Assembly: GCA_964016885.1 (NCBI GenBank)
Contig: OZ024744.1
Coordinates: 12,648,001 to 12,712,000, forward strand
DNA length: 64,000 nucleotides
Direction of reading: 5' to 3'
DNA from: Eledone cirrhosa
Lineage: Eukaryota
The position numbers and the translations under genes were made by a program. Shown one piece after another: positions 19,619-31,800 of the stretch (the first letter of the stretch is position 1; the number at the start of each line of letters is the position of its first letter). Under the pieces are notes generated by a model that searched no databases, was not told where the DNA came from, and saw only the letters and a list, made by a program, of their open reading frames with translations.

Positions 19619-19904
19619 GCCAACTAAATAAAGTGATTATAGTAACAAGACAGTTTTGTTTTTTAAGTTAAATCAGTTGTTTATAGTTTCAAATGCTCCA
19701 AACATTTATTGAAACAATATAAAAAGGATTAAAAAAAAGAAGAAAGAAAATGAACAAAAAGAATCAAACAACAAAAGGGAGGGGGAGAGAGAGACACTGC
19801 ACCCCAGTCTGAGCGGTGTCTCAACTGTGCCCCAAAGACAATGGCAAGAGAGACCCACAGCAAAAGCCACCCCACCTCACTGAACTCCCTCCTTAAGTGG
19901 ACCA

Positions 19905-20300
19905 CTATCATCGTCAGTTATTTACTTCCACTTTTCCCTGCATGGGTTGGGGCCGTCTTTTCTATCACATCTATCCACTCCTCTCACAACCTCTGCCCAG
20001 GCCATCCTCTATTGCAGTTTCCTTCCACTGGGATTTCTTGGCACTTCTTCATTCAGAAATCATCATCCCTACACATCACATATGCATACCAGCACAGTCT
20101 TCTTTTCAACACACTACATCTGATTCCTCTAATACCCAGCTTTTGTTTCAGTTAATCCATGCTTTGTTGTTTCTGCACATTAACATTTCACATCTATTGA
20201 AGAATGTTCACTTCATTTCTCTCCACCCTTTGCCTACCTCTACATCCACTGCCCGTGTCACACTACCATGCAACATGCAGGCATCATACAGCTGGCCTTT
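19905..20300 (-). mobile_element. Decayed RTE ORF 3' fragment
   Basis: catctgattcctctaatacccagc and gtcacactaccatgcaacatgcaggcatcatacagc match RTE copy 1 at ~1590-1830. Confidence 0.7.
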
Positions 20301-20789
20301 ATATTCATGTATTAAGCAGGCTTTTCTTCTACACAATACCTTATAAAATAACTCAACATATGATATATCTGCTAGACTTACAAAACCTTCATTTAAATCA
20401 AATACTGAACCAAGAATGTTGTAATGTAAAATGGAGGTACAAGTAATTTACCAATGTGACTTATAAATGAGTTCATACAGCATCTCTGCTACTGTAATTC
20501 CTGAGGGAGTCATAAGGGCACCATATTGAAATACAGCGTTTCTAGGTCCTTGTTTTAAACCTGGTGGAGCGCATCTCCTCTCCAGGTCTGAATACAGCAG
20601 ATTTCTTCCAGAGAAGGATAGAGTGAGTAAGAGAGAGGAAGTGAGAGAGAGATATAGAGCAAGATTTGACCCCAGTACTAGACTGGTATTTTTTTTATCA
20701 ACTGCCAAAGGATGAAAGGCAAAGTTGACCTCAAGTATATACAGAGTATTTGTTTAATTAAAAAACAGAATGTTTCCAAAAATTCTTAC

Positions 20790-20903
20790 TTCATTTGTGG
20801 ATTCCCGAACTTTCTTGCAGCGTATGTGTGCAAGTCTATTCAATTTCTTCAAAAGTACAAACTGCAAGACAGCATTACTCTTATATTCCTCAACTTCAAT
20901 AGC
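20790..20903 (-). CDS. THOC5: THO complex subunit 5, internal coding exon A (most 5' exon in the window)
   Basis: 114 nt with acceptor ttttacctaatcag| and donor |gtaagaa. Translates AIEVEEYKSNAVLQFVLLKKLNRLAHIRCKKVRESTNE, which matches the conserved THOC5/FMIP motif LKKLNRLAHIR. Phase 0/0. Confidence 0.93.
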
Positions 20904-21500
20904 CTGATTAGGTAAAAACAGAAAAGAAAAAAAATGACAATACAGCCACCACCACCACCATCATCATCATCCTTTCACGTTCTTGCATGCTTGTTTAATA
21001 TGTATTTTTGAAATTTGTTGTGCCCTTCAAGCTCGGTTGGGCTGATTGCTCCTTTGTTTGGGATTTTTGCTGGTTGCTAATCGGTTTTTCTACATACATG
21101 ATATGATGAACCGATTTTTATTGACTTTTCTAAAAATCTGGTGGGAGGCCATGTAGAAGATCACGCCATCTAGCGTCGACTTTGAAGGCAGTCGATTAAC
21201 TGCCCTTAGTTCTGACGTCAGTAGCTGAAACAATCACTCTTGAACGGTGATACCTTGGAGTGAATAGACGTGCTTCCACACAGCGACCCAAACAGCGATA
21301 TCACACCATGCGGTCGCGGCATAATGTGATGATTGAAAATTACCCAACCTAGGAGCACTGATGTATTTAACTATATTATTTAATTGCTCTAATTAAAATG
21401 TTCATATAACATAATTTTGAGGTATGTTCCTTCTTCCTTATTTGACCATGTGCCAGTATATTATATCCAATTAGACGGGATGTCTGACCACCCCGCCTAA

Positions 21501-21581
21501 ATATTCCTCAACTTCAATAGCCTGATTAGGTAAAAACAGAAGAAAAAAAAATGACAATATAGCCACCACCATCATCATCAT
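21501..21581 (-). repeat. Duplicate of the THOC5 exon A splice acceptor plus first 21 exonic nt (copy of 20883-~20971)
   Basis: atattcctcaacttcaatagcctgattaggtaaaaacaga..aaaaatgacaata.agccaccacc..atcatcatc is present twice, 618 bp apart. Confidence 0.92.
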
Positions 21582-21602
21582 TATTTTACATTTGTTATTA
21601 AC

Positions 21603-21920
21603 TACTCTCGGGTCTCAAATAGTCGTCACCCCAACCTATTAATTTTTCAGATTCTTTCCAAACCCACACACCCGCTTAAATTTTGTTAATTTATCTCTGG
21701 CAAAATTTTATTTTCAGTGGTAGCATTCCTGTGACAATTAAAAAAAAGTACATTACTAGAAATCCCATATGTTATAAAATAAATAGGATGGGTTGAGGTC
21801 TCAATACGAAAACTAAACGACTAATTCTGTTTTTTTTTTTTTAAATCAAAGGAGACAACCTAGAAAAATTACCAATTCCCTACTTGTTCCACACAACCCC
21901 CTATTAGACCCAAGAATAGG
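21603..21920. mobile_element. Possible MITE with degenerate TIRs
   Basis: Left tactctcgggtctcaaatag versus right ctattagacccaagaata form an imperfect inverted match with TA ends. Confidence 0.4.
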
Positions 21921-22121
21921 TAGGATAATTGTGTTACAGTGCGGCATCTTGCAATTTTTTTAATACAACAAACAGTGAATAGTAACACAGTTGGTTACAT
22001 ATTCCCAATGGACCATTCACAGCATTTCAGACAATGACAAGGGAATGGCTGTGATTCAATGCAGAACAAATATTTCAAGAGACATCATTCGTAAAGCAAA
22101 GTTTATATCATTTGCTACAAT

Positions 22122-22545
22122 ATCATCATCATTTAATGTCCATTTCCTTCTTAGCAAGGGTTGGACATTATCCCATCACTATTTTACAACTGCTTTTCGA
22201 TGCTTGCATGCGCTGAACGGGTCTTTTCCAGCACAACATCCCTCCAATCAATGCAGTCCTTTGTCATCTTCTCTGTGACTTGCAGCTCTCACCACCACTG
22301 CCCTCTTTCTTGATAGTCCTCTCACACAGCTTCCTTACACTGGAACATCTTAGCACTTCTTTACCCAACAACCTACAACCATTCACATTACATGTCCATA
22401 CCAGTGTAATCTTCTACCATGAACTACATCTGATTCCTCTTATACCCAACTTTTTTCTCAGTTCATCCATGCTTTGTTGATCACATACATTAATATACCG
22501 GAGAATGCCGTCTTCCTTTCTCTCCAGCCTTCACATATCATCCAC
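22122..22545 (-). mobile_element. Decayed RTE 3' fragment, back-to-back with the plus-strand remnant
   Basis: (TCA)n tail, catctgattcctcttatacccaacttttttctcagttcatccatgctttg and ctttctctccagccttcacatatc. Confidence 0.75.
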
Positions 22546-22555
22546 CACATATACA

Positions 22556-22880
22556 GACCATAAGATGCATATGAAGGATGACAGCTGTATAAAAAGGGGC
22601 AGAACACTCAAAGTTGATGGTAGCCATGGAGATCGCAGGCCTAGGAAGACTTGGAATGAGGTAATAAGAGCTGACTTTGCTTAATTACACCTCACTAAGG
22701 TGGTGACACAGGACCGTGACCTCTGGCGCTATGATGTATTATTCTGGGGCTGGGGCATATAACTAGTAGGCAACACCATTCCCTACCATCTTCCCTCCCA
22801 TAAATCTACGTCCCCAATTTCCCAAACCATCCTCCCCACCCCTCCAAAGTTCCCAACATCCTCTATAAAGTGATCCCCTG
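22556..22880 (+). pseudogene. Decayed RTE ORF C-terminus plus start of 3'UTR, running directly into the satellite
   Basis: Reads MHMKDDSCIKRGRTLKVDGSHGDRRPRKTWNEVIRADFA*LHLTKVVTQDRDLWRYDV versus MRMKDDSCITKCRAIKIDGSHGVGRPRKTWDELINSDLTRLHLSKTMSLDRDLWRYSV in copy 1. It is followed by 'agtaggca' and a C-rich tract, as in the young 3'UTRs. Confidence 0.9.
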
Positions 22881-25800
22881 GTGTCACAACAAAAGAGCCC
22901 AGCTCACTATAGTGGTCATGTAGGTGTCACAACAAAAAGTACCCAGTCCACACTGTAACGTGGTCATATAGGTGTCACAACAGAAAGTACCCAGTACACA
23001 CTGTAACGTGGTTGTGTATGTATCACAACAAAAAGTACCCAGCACACACTGTAAAGTGGTCATGTAGGTGTCATGACAAAAAGTACCCAGTACACACTGT
23101 AAAGTGGTCATATAGGTGTCATAAAAAAAAGTACCCAGTACACACTGTAAAGTAGTCCTGTAGGTGTCACAACAGAAAGTACCCAGTACACACTGTAAAG
23201 TGGTCATGTAGGTGTCACAACAGAAAGTACCCAGTACACACTGTAACGTGGTTGTGTAGGTATTATACAAAAAGTACCCAGTACACACTGTAAAGTGGTC
23301 ATGTAGGTGTCATGACAAAAAGTACCCAGTCCACACTGTAAAGTGGTCATGTAGGTGTTACAACTAAAAGTACCCAGTACACACTGTAAAGTGGTCATGT
23401 AGGTATCACAACAAAAAGTACCCAGTCCACACTGTAACGTGGTTATGTAGGTGTCACAACAAAAAGAACCCAGTCCACACTGTAAAGTGGTCATATAGGT
23501 ATCACAACAAAAAGTACCCAGTACACACTGTAACGTGGTCATGTAGGTGCCACAACAAAAAGTACCCAGTCCACACTGTAAAGTAGTCATGTAGGTGTTA
23601 CAACAAAAAGTACCCAGTCCACACTGTAAAGTGGTCATGTAGGTGTCACAACAGAAAGTACCCATCCGCACTGTAACGTGGTTGTGTAGGTCTCACAACA
23701 GAAAGTACCCAGTACACGCTGTAAAGTGGTCATGTAGGGCTCACAACAGAAAGTACCCAGTCCACACTGTAGCCTGGTCATATAGGTGTGACAACAAAAA
23801 GTACCCAGTACACACTGTAACGTGGTTATGTAGGTATCACAACAAAAAGTACCCAGTACACACTGTAAAGTGGTCATGTAGGTGTCATGGCAAAAAGTAC
23901 CCACTACACACTGTAAAGTGGTCATGTAGGTGTCATGACAAAAAGTACCCAGTACACATTGTAAAGTAGTCCTGTAGGAGTCACAACAGAAAGTACCCAG
24001 TCCACACTGTAAAGTGGTTATGTAGGTGTCACAACAAAAAGTACCCAGTCCACACTGTAAAGTAGTCATGTAGGTGTTACAACAAAAAGTACCCAGTCCA
24101 CACTGTAAAGTCGTCATGTAGCTGTCACAACAGAAAGTACCCCTCCACACTGTAACGTGGTTGTGTAGGTCTCACAACAAAAAGTACCCAGTACACACTG
24201 TAAAGTAGTCCTGTAGGAGTCACAACAGAAAGTACACAGTCCACACTGTAAAGTGGTCATGTAGGTGTTACAACAAAAAGTACCCAGTACACACTGTAAA
24301 GTGGTCATATAGGTATCACAACAAAAAGTACCCAGTCCACACTGTAAAGTGGTTATGTAGGTGTCACAACAAAAAGTACCCAGTACACACTGTAAAGTAG
24401 TCATGTAGGTGTCATGACAAAAAGTACCCAGTACACACTGTAACGTGGTTATGTAGGTGTCACAACAAAAAGTACCCAGTACACACTGTAAAGTGGTTGC
24501 GTAGGTATCACAACAGAAAGTACCCAGTACACACTGTAAAGTAGTCCTGTAGGTGTCACAACAGAAAGTACCCAGTCCACACTGTAAAGTGGTTGTGTAG
24601 GTATCACAACAGAAAGTACCCAGTACACACTGTAAAGTAGTCCTGTAGGTGTCACAACAGAAAGTCCCCAGTACACACTGTAACGTGGTCATGTAGGTGT
24701 CACAACAGAAAGTACCCAGTACACACTGTAACGTGGTTGTGTAGGTATCACAACAAAAAGTACCCAGTACACACTGTAAAGTGGTCATGTAGGTGTCATG
24801 ACAAAAAGTACCCACTACACACTGTAAAGTGGTCATGTAGGTGTCATGAAAAAAAGTACCCAGTACACACTGTAAAGTGGTCCTGTAGGAGTCACAACAG
24901 AAAGTACCCAGTCCACACTGTAAAGTGGTCATGTAGGTGTTACAACAAAAAGTACCCAGTACACACTGTAAAGTGGCCATGTAGGTGTCACAACAGAAAG
25001 TACCCAGTACACACTGTAACGTGGTCATGTAGGTGTCACAACAAAGAGTACCCAGTCCACACTGTAAAGTGGTCATGTAGGTGTCACAACAAAAAGTACC
25101 CAGTCCACACTGTAAAGTAGTCATGTAGGTGTTACAACAAAAAGTACCCAGTCCACACTGTAAAGTGGTCATGTAGGTGTCACAACAGAAAGTACCCCTC
25201 CACACTGTAACGTGGTTGTGTAGGTCTCACAACAAAAAGTACCCAGTACACACTGTAAAGTAGTCCTGTAGGAGTCACAACAGAAAGTACCCAGTCCACA
25301 CTGTAAAGTGGTCATGTAGGTGTTACAACAAAAAGTACCCAGTACACACTGTAAAGTGGTCATATAGGTATCACAACAAAAAGTACCCAGTCCACACTAT
25401 AAAGTGGTTATGTAGGTGTCACAACAAAAAGTACCCAGTCCACACTGTAAAGTGGTCATGTAGGTATCACAACAAAAAGTACCCAGTCACACTGTAAAGT
25501 GGTCATGTAGGTGTCACAACAGAAAGTACCCATCCACACTGTAACGTGGTTGTGTAGGTGTTACAACAAAAAGTACCCAGTCCACACTGTAAAGTGGTCA
25601 TGTAGGTCTCACAACAGAAAGTACCCACTCCACACAGTAAAGTGGTCATGTAGGTCTCACAACAGAAAGTACCCAGTCCACACTGTAAAGTGGTTGTGTA
25701 GGTGTCACAACAGAAAGTACCCAGTACACACTGTAAAGTGGTCATGTAGGTCTCAAAACAGAAAGTACCCAGTCCACACTGTAGCCTGGTCATATAGGTG

Positions 25801-28800
25801 TCACAACAGAAACTACCCAGAACACACTGTAACGTGGTTATGTAGGTATCACAACAAAAAGTACCCAGTACACACTGTAAAGTGGTCATGTAGGTGTCAT
25901 TACAAAAAGTACCCAGTACACACTGTAAAGTAGTCATGTAGGTGTCATGACAAAAAGTACCCAGTACACACTGTAACGTGGTTGTGTAGGTGTCACAACA
26001 AAAAGTACCCAGTACACACTGTAAAGTGGTTGTGTAGGTCTCACAACAGAAAGTACCCACTCCACACAGTAAAGTGGTCATGTAGGTCTCACAACAGAAA
26101 GTACCCAGTCCACACTGTAAAGTGGTTGTGTAGGTGTCACAACAGAAAGTACCCAGTACACACTGTAAAGTGGTCATGTAGGTCTCAAAACAGAAAGTAC
26201 CCAGTCCACACTGTAGCCTGGTCATATAGGTGTCACAACAGAAACTACCCAGAACACACTGTAACGTGGTTATGTAGGTATCACAACAAAAAGTACCCAC
26301 TACACACTGTAAAGTGGTCATGTAGGTGTCATTACAAAAAGTACACAGTACACACTGTAAAGTAGTCATGTAGGTGTCATGACAAAAAGTATCCAGTACA
26401 CACTGTAACGTGGTTGTGTAGGTGTCACAACAAAAAGTACCCAGTACACACTGTAAAGTGGTTGTGTAGGTATCACAACAGAAAGTACCCAGTACACACT
26501 GTAAAGTAGTCCTGTAGGTGTCACAACAGAAAGTACCCAGTCCACACTGTAAAGTGGTTGTGTAGGTATCACAACAGAAAGTACCCAGTACACACTGTAA
26601 AGTAGTCCTGCAGGTGTCACAACAGAAAGTCCCCAGTACACACTGTAACATGGTCATGTAGGTGTCACAACAGAAAGTACCCAGTACACACTGTAACGTG
26701 GTTGTGTAGGGATCACAACAAAAAGTACCCAGTACACACTGTAAAGTTGTCATGTAGGTGTCATGACAAAAAGTACCCACTACACACTGTAAAGTGGTCA
26801 TGTAGGTGTCATGACAAAAAGTACCCAGTACACGCTGTAAAGTAGTCCTGTAGGAGTCACAACAGAAAGTACCCAGTCCACACTGTAAAGTGGTCATGTA
26901 GGTGTTACAACAAAAAGTACCCAGTACACACTGTAAAGTGGTCATGTAGGTATCACAACAAAAAGTACGCAGTCCACACTGTAACGTCGTCATGTAGGTG
27001 CCACAACAAAAAGTACCCAGTCCACACTGTAAAGTAGTCATGTAGGTGTTACAACAAAAATTACCCAGTACACACTGTAAAGTGGTTATGTAGGTATCAC
27101 AACAAAAAGTACCCAGTACACACTGTAAAGTGGTCATGTAGGTGTCATGACAAAAAGTACCCAGTACACACTGTAAAGTAGTCATGTAGGAGTCACAACA
27201 GAAAGTACCCATCCACACTGTAAAGTGGTCATGTAGGTGTCACAACAGAAAGTACCCAGTACACACTGTAAAGTGGTCATGTAGGTGTCACAACAGAAAG
27301 TACCCAGTACACACTGTAACGTGGTCATGTAGGTGTCACAACAAAGAGTACCCAGTCCACACTGTAAAGTGGTCATGTAGGTGTCACAACAAAAAGTACC
27401 CAGTCCACACTGTAAAGTAGTCATGTAGGTGTTACAACAAAAAGTACCCAGTCCACACTGTAAAGTGGTCATGTAGGTGTCACAACAGAAAGTACCCCTC
27501 CACACTGTAACGTGGTTGTGTAGGTCTCACAACAAAAAGGACCCAGTACACACTGTAAAGTAGTCCTGTAGGAGTCACAACAGAAAGTACCCAGTCCACA
27601 CTGTAAAGTGGTCATGTAGGTGTTACAACAAAAAGTACCCAGTACACACTGTAAAGTGGTCATATAGGTATCACAACAAAAAGTACCAAGTCCACACTAT
27701 AAAGTGGTTATGTAGGTGTCACAACAAAAAGTACCCAGTCCACACTGTAAAGTGGTCATGTAGGTATCACAACAAAAAGTACCCAGTCACACTGTAAAGT
27801 GGTCATGTAGGTGTCACAACAGAAAGTACCCATCCACACTGTAACGTGGTTGTGTAGGTGTTACAACAAAAAGTACCCAGTACACACTGTAAAGTGGTTG
27901 TGTAGGTCTCACAACAAAAAGTACCCAGTACACACTGTAAAGTAGTCCTGTAGGAGTCACAACAGAAAGTACACAGTCCACACTGTAAAGTGGTCATGTA
28001 GGTGTCACAACAGAAAGTACCCATCCACACTGTAACGTGGTTGTGTAGGTGTTACAACAAAAAGTACCCAGTACACACTGTAAAGTGGTTGTGTAGGTCT
28101 CACAACAGAAAGTACCCAGTACACACTGTAAAGTAGTCCTGTAGGTGTCACAACAGAAAGTACCCAGTCCACACTGTAAAGTGGTTGTGTAGGTATCACA
28201 ACAGAAAGTACCCAGTACACACTGTAAAGTAGTCCTGTAGGTGTCACAACAGAAAGTCCCCAGTACACACTGTAACATGGTCATGTAGGTGTCACAACAG
28301 AAAGTACCCAGTACACACTGTAACGTGGTTGTGTAGGGATCACAACAAAAAGTACCCAGTACACACTGTAAAGATGTCATGAAGGTGTCATGACAAAAAG
28401 TACCCACTACACACTGTAAAGTGGTCATGTAGGTGTCATGACAAAAAGTACCCAGTACACGCTGTAAAGTAGTCCTGTAGGAGTCACAACAGAAAGTACC
28501 CAGTCCACACTGTAAAGTGGTCATGTAGGTGTTACAACAAAAAGTACCCAGTACACACTGTAAAGTGGTCATGTAGGTATCACAACAAAAAGTACGCAGT
28601 CCACACTGTAAAGTAGTCATGTAGGTGTCATGACAAAAAGTACCCAGTACACACTGTAAAGTGGTCATGGAGGTGTCATGACAAAAAGTACCCAGTACAC
28701 ACTGTAAAGTAGTCCTGTAGGTGCCACAACAAAAAGTACCCAGTCCACACTGTAAAGTAGTCATGTAGGTGTTACAACAAAAATTACCCAGTACACACTG

Positions 28801-31800
28801 TAAAGTGGTTATGTAGGTATCACAACAAAAAGTACCCAGTACACACTGTAAAGTGGTCATGTAGGTGTCATGACAAAAAGTACCCATCCACACTGTAACA
28901 TGGTTGTGTAGGTCTCACAACAAAAAGTACCCAGTACACACTGTAAAGTGTTCATGTAGGTGTCACAACAAAAAGTACCCAGTACACACTGTAAAGTGGT
29001 CATGTAGGTGTCATGACAAAAAGTACCCACTACACACTGTAAAGTAGTCATGTAGGTGTTACAACAAAAAGTACCCAGTCCACACTGTAAAGTGGTTATG
29101 TAGGTGTCACAACAAAAAGTACCCACTACACACTGTAAAGTGGTCATGTAGGTGTCATGACAAAAAATACCCAGTACACACTGTAAAGTGGTCATGTAGG
29201 TGTCACAACAGAAAGTACACAGTACACACTGTAACGTGGTCATGTAGGTGTCACAACAAAGAGTACCCAGTCCACACTGTAAAGTGGTCATGTAGGTGTC
29301 ACAGCAAAAAGTACCCAGTCCACACTGTAAAGTAGTTATGTAGGTGTCATGACAAAAAGCACCCAGTACACACTGTAACGTGGTTGTGTAGGTGTCACAA
29401 CAAAAAGTACCCAGTACACACTGTAAAGTGGTTGTGTAGGTATCACAACAGAAAGTACCCAGTACACACTGTAAAGTAGTCCTGTAGGTGTCACAACAGA
29501 AAGTACCCAGTTCACACTGTAAAGTGGTTGTGTAGGTATCACAACAGAAAGTACCCAGTACACACTGTAAAGTAGTCCTGTAGGTGTCACAACAGAAAGT
29601 CCCCAGTACACACTGTAACGTGGTCATGTAGGTGTCACAACAGAAAGTACCCAGTACACACTGTAACGTGGTTGTGTAGGGATCACAACAAAAAGTACCC
29701 AGTACACACTGTAAAGTGGTCATGTAGGTGTCATGACAAAAAGTACCCAGTACACACTGTAAAGTGGTCATATAGTTGTCATAAAAAAAAAGTACCCAGT
29801 ACACACTGTAAAGTAGTCCTGTAGGTGTCACAACAGAAAGTACCCAGTACACACTGTAAAGTGGTCATGTAGGTGTCACAACAGAAAGTACCCAGTACAC
29901 ACTGTAACGTGGTTGTGTAGGTATCACTACAAAAAGTACCCAGTACACACTGTAACGTGGTTATGTAGGTGTCACAACAAAAAGAACCCAGTCCACACTG
30001 AAAGTGGTCATATAGGTATCACAACAAAAAGTACCCAGTACACACTGTAACGTGGTCATGTAGGTGCCACAACAAAAAGTACCCAGTCCACACTGTAAAG
30101 TAGTCATGTAGGTGTTACAACAAAAAGTACCCAGTCCACACTGTAAAGTGGTCATGTAGGTGTCACAACAGAAAGTACCCATCCGCACTGTAACGTGGTT
30201 GTCTAGGTCTCACAACAGAAAGTACCCAGTACACACTGTAAAGTGGTCATGTAGGGCTCACAACAGAAAGTACCCAGTCCACACTGTAGCCTGGTCATAT
30301 AGGTGTGACAACAGAAAGTACCCAGTACACACTGTAATGTGGTTATGTAGGTATCACAACAAAAAGTACCCAGTACACACTGTAAAGTGGTCATGTAGGT
30401 GTCATGGCAAAAAGTACCCACTACACACTGTAAAGTGGTCATGTAGGTGTCATGACAAAAAGTACCCAGTACACATTGTAAAGTAGTCCTGTAGGAGTCA
30501 CAACAGAAAGTACCCAGTCCACACTGTAAAGTGGTCATGTAGGTGTCACAACAAAAAGTACCCAGTCCACACTGTAAAGTAGTCATGTAGGTGTTACAAC
30601 AAAAAGTACCCAGTCCACGCTGTAAAGTGGTCATGTAGGTGTCACAACAGAAAGTACCCCTCCACACTGTAACGTGGTTGTGTAGGTCTCACAACAAAAA
30701 GTACCCAGTACACACTGTAAAGTAGTGCTGTAGGAGTCACAACAGAAAGTACACAGTCCACACTGTAAAGTGGTCATGTAGGTGTTACAACAAAAAGTAC
30801 CCAGTACACACTGAAAAGTGGTCATATAGGTATCACAACAAAAAGTACCCAGTCCACACTGTAAAGTGGTTATGTAGGTGTCACAACAAAAAGTACCCAG
30901 TCCACACTGTAAAGTGGTCATGTAGGTATCACAACAAAAAGTACCCAGTCACACTGTAAAGTGGTCATGTAGGTGTCACAACAGAAAGTACCCATCCACA
31001 CAGTAAAGTGGTCATGTAGGTCTCACAACAGAAAGTACCCAGTCCACACTGTAAAGTGGTTGTGTAGGTGTCACAACAGAAAGTACCCAGTACACACTGT
31101 AAAGTGGTCATGTAGGTCTCAAAACAGAAAGTACCCAGTCCACACTGTAGCCTGGTCATATAGGTGTCACAACAGAAACTACCCAGAACACACTGTAACG
31201 TGGTTATGTAGGTATCACAACAAAAAGTACCCAGTACACACTGTAAAGTGGTCATGTAGGTGTCATGACAAAAAGTACCCAGTACACACTGTAAAGTAGT
31301 CATGTAGGTGTCATGACAAAAAGTACCCAGTACACACTGTAACGTGGTTGTGTAGGTGTCACAACAAAAAGTACCCAGTACACACTGTAAAGTGGTTGTG
31401 TAGGTATCACAACAGAAAGTACCCAGTACACACTGTAAAGTAGTCCTGTAGGTGTCACAACAGAAAGTACCCAGTCCACACTGTAAAGTGGTTGTGTAGG
31501 TATCACAACAGAAAGTACCCAGTACACACTGTAAAGTAGTCCTGTAGGTGTCACAACAGAAAGTCCCCAGTACACACTGTAACATGGTCATGTAGGTGTC
31601 ACAACAGAAAGAACCCAGTACACACTGTAACGTGGTTGTGTAGGGATCACAACAAAAAGTACCCAGTACACACTGTAAAGTTGTCATGACAAAAAGTACC
31701 CACTACACACTGTAAAGTGGTCATGTAGGTGTCATGACAAAAAGTACCCAGTACACGCTGTAAAGTAGTCCTGTAGGAGTCACAACAGAAAGTACCCAGT

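Noticed and set aside
22122-22880. Back-to-back inverted RTE fragments as a twin-priming inversion
   Set aside because: The minus-strand piece has its own tail, overlaps the same ORF region and looks like a different subfamily, so two independent insertions is the simpler explanation.
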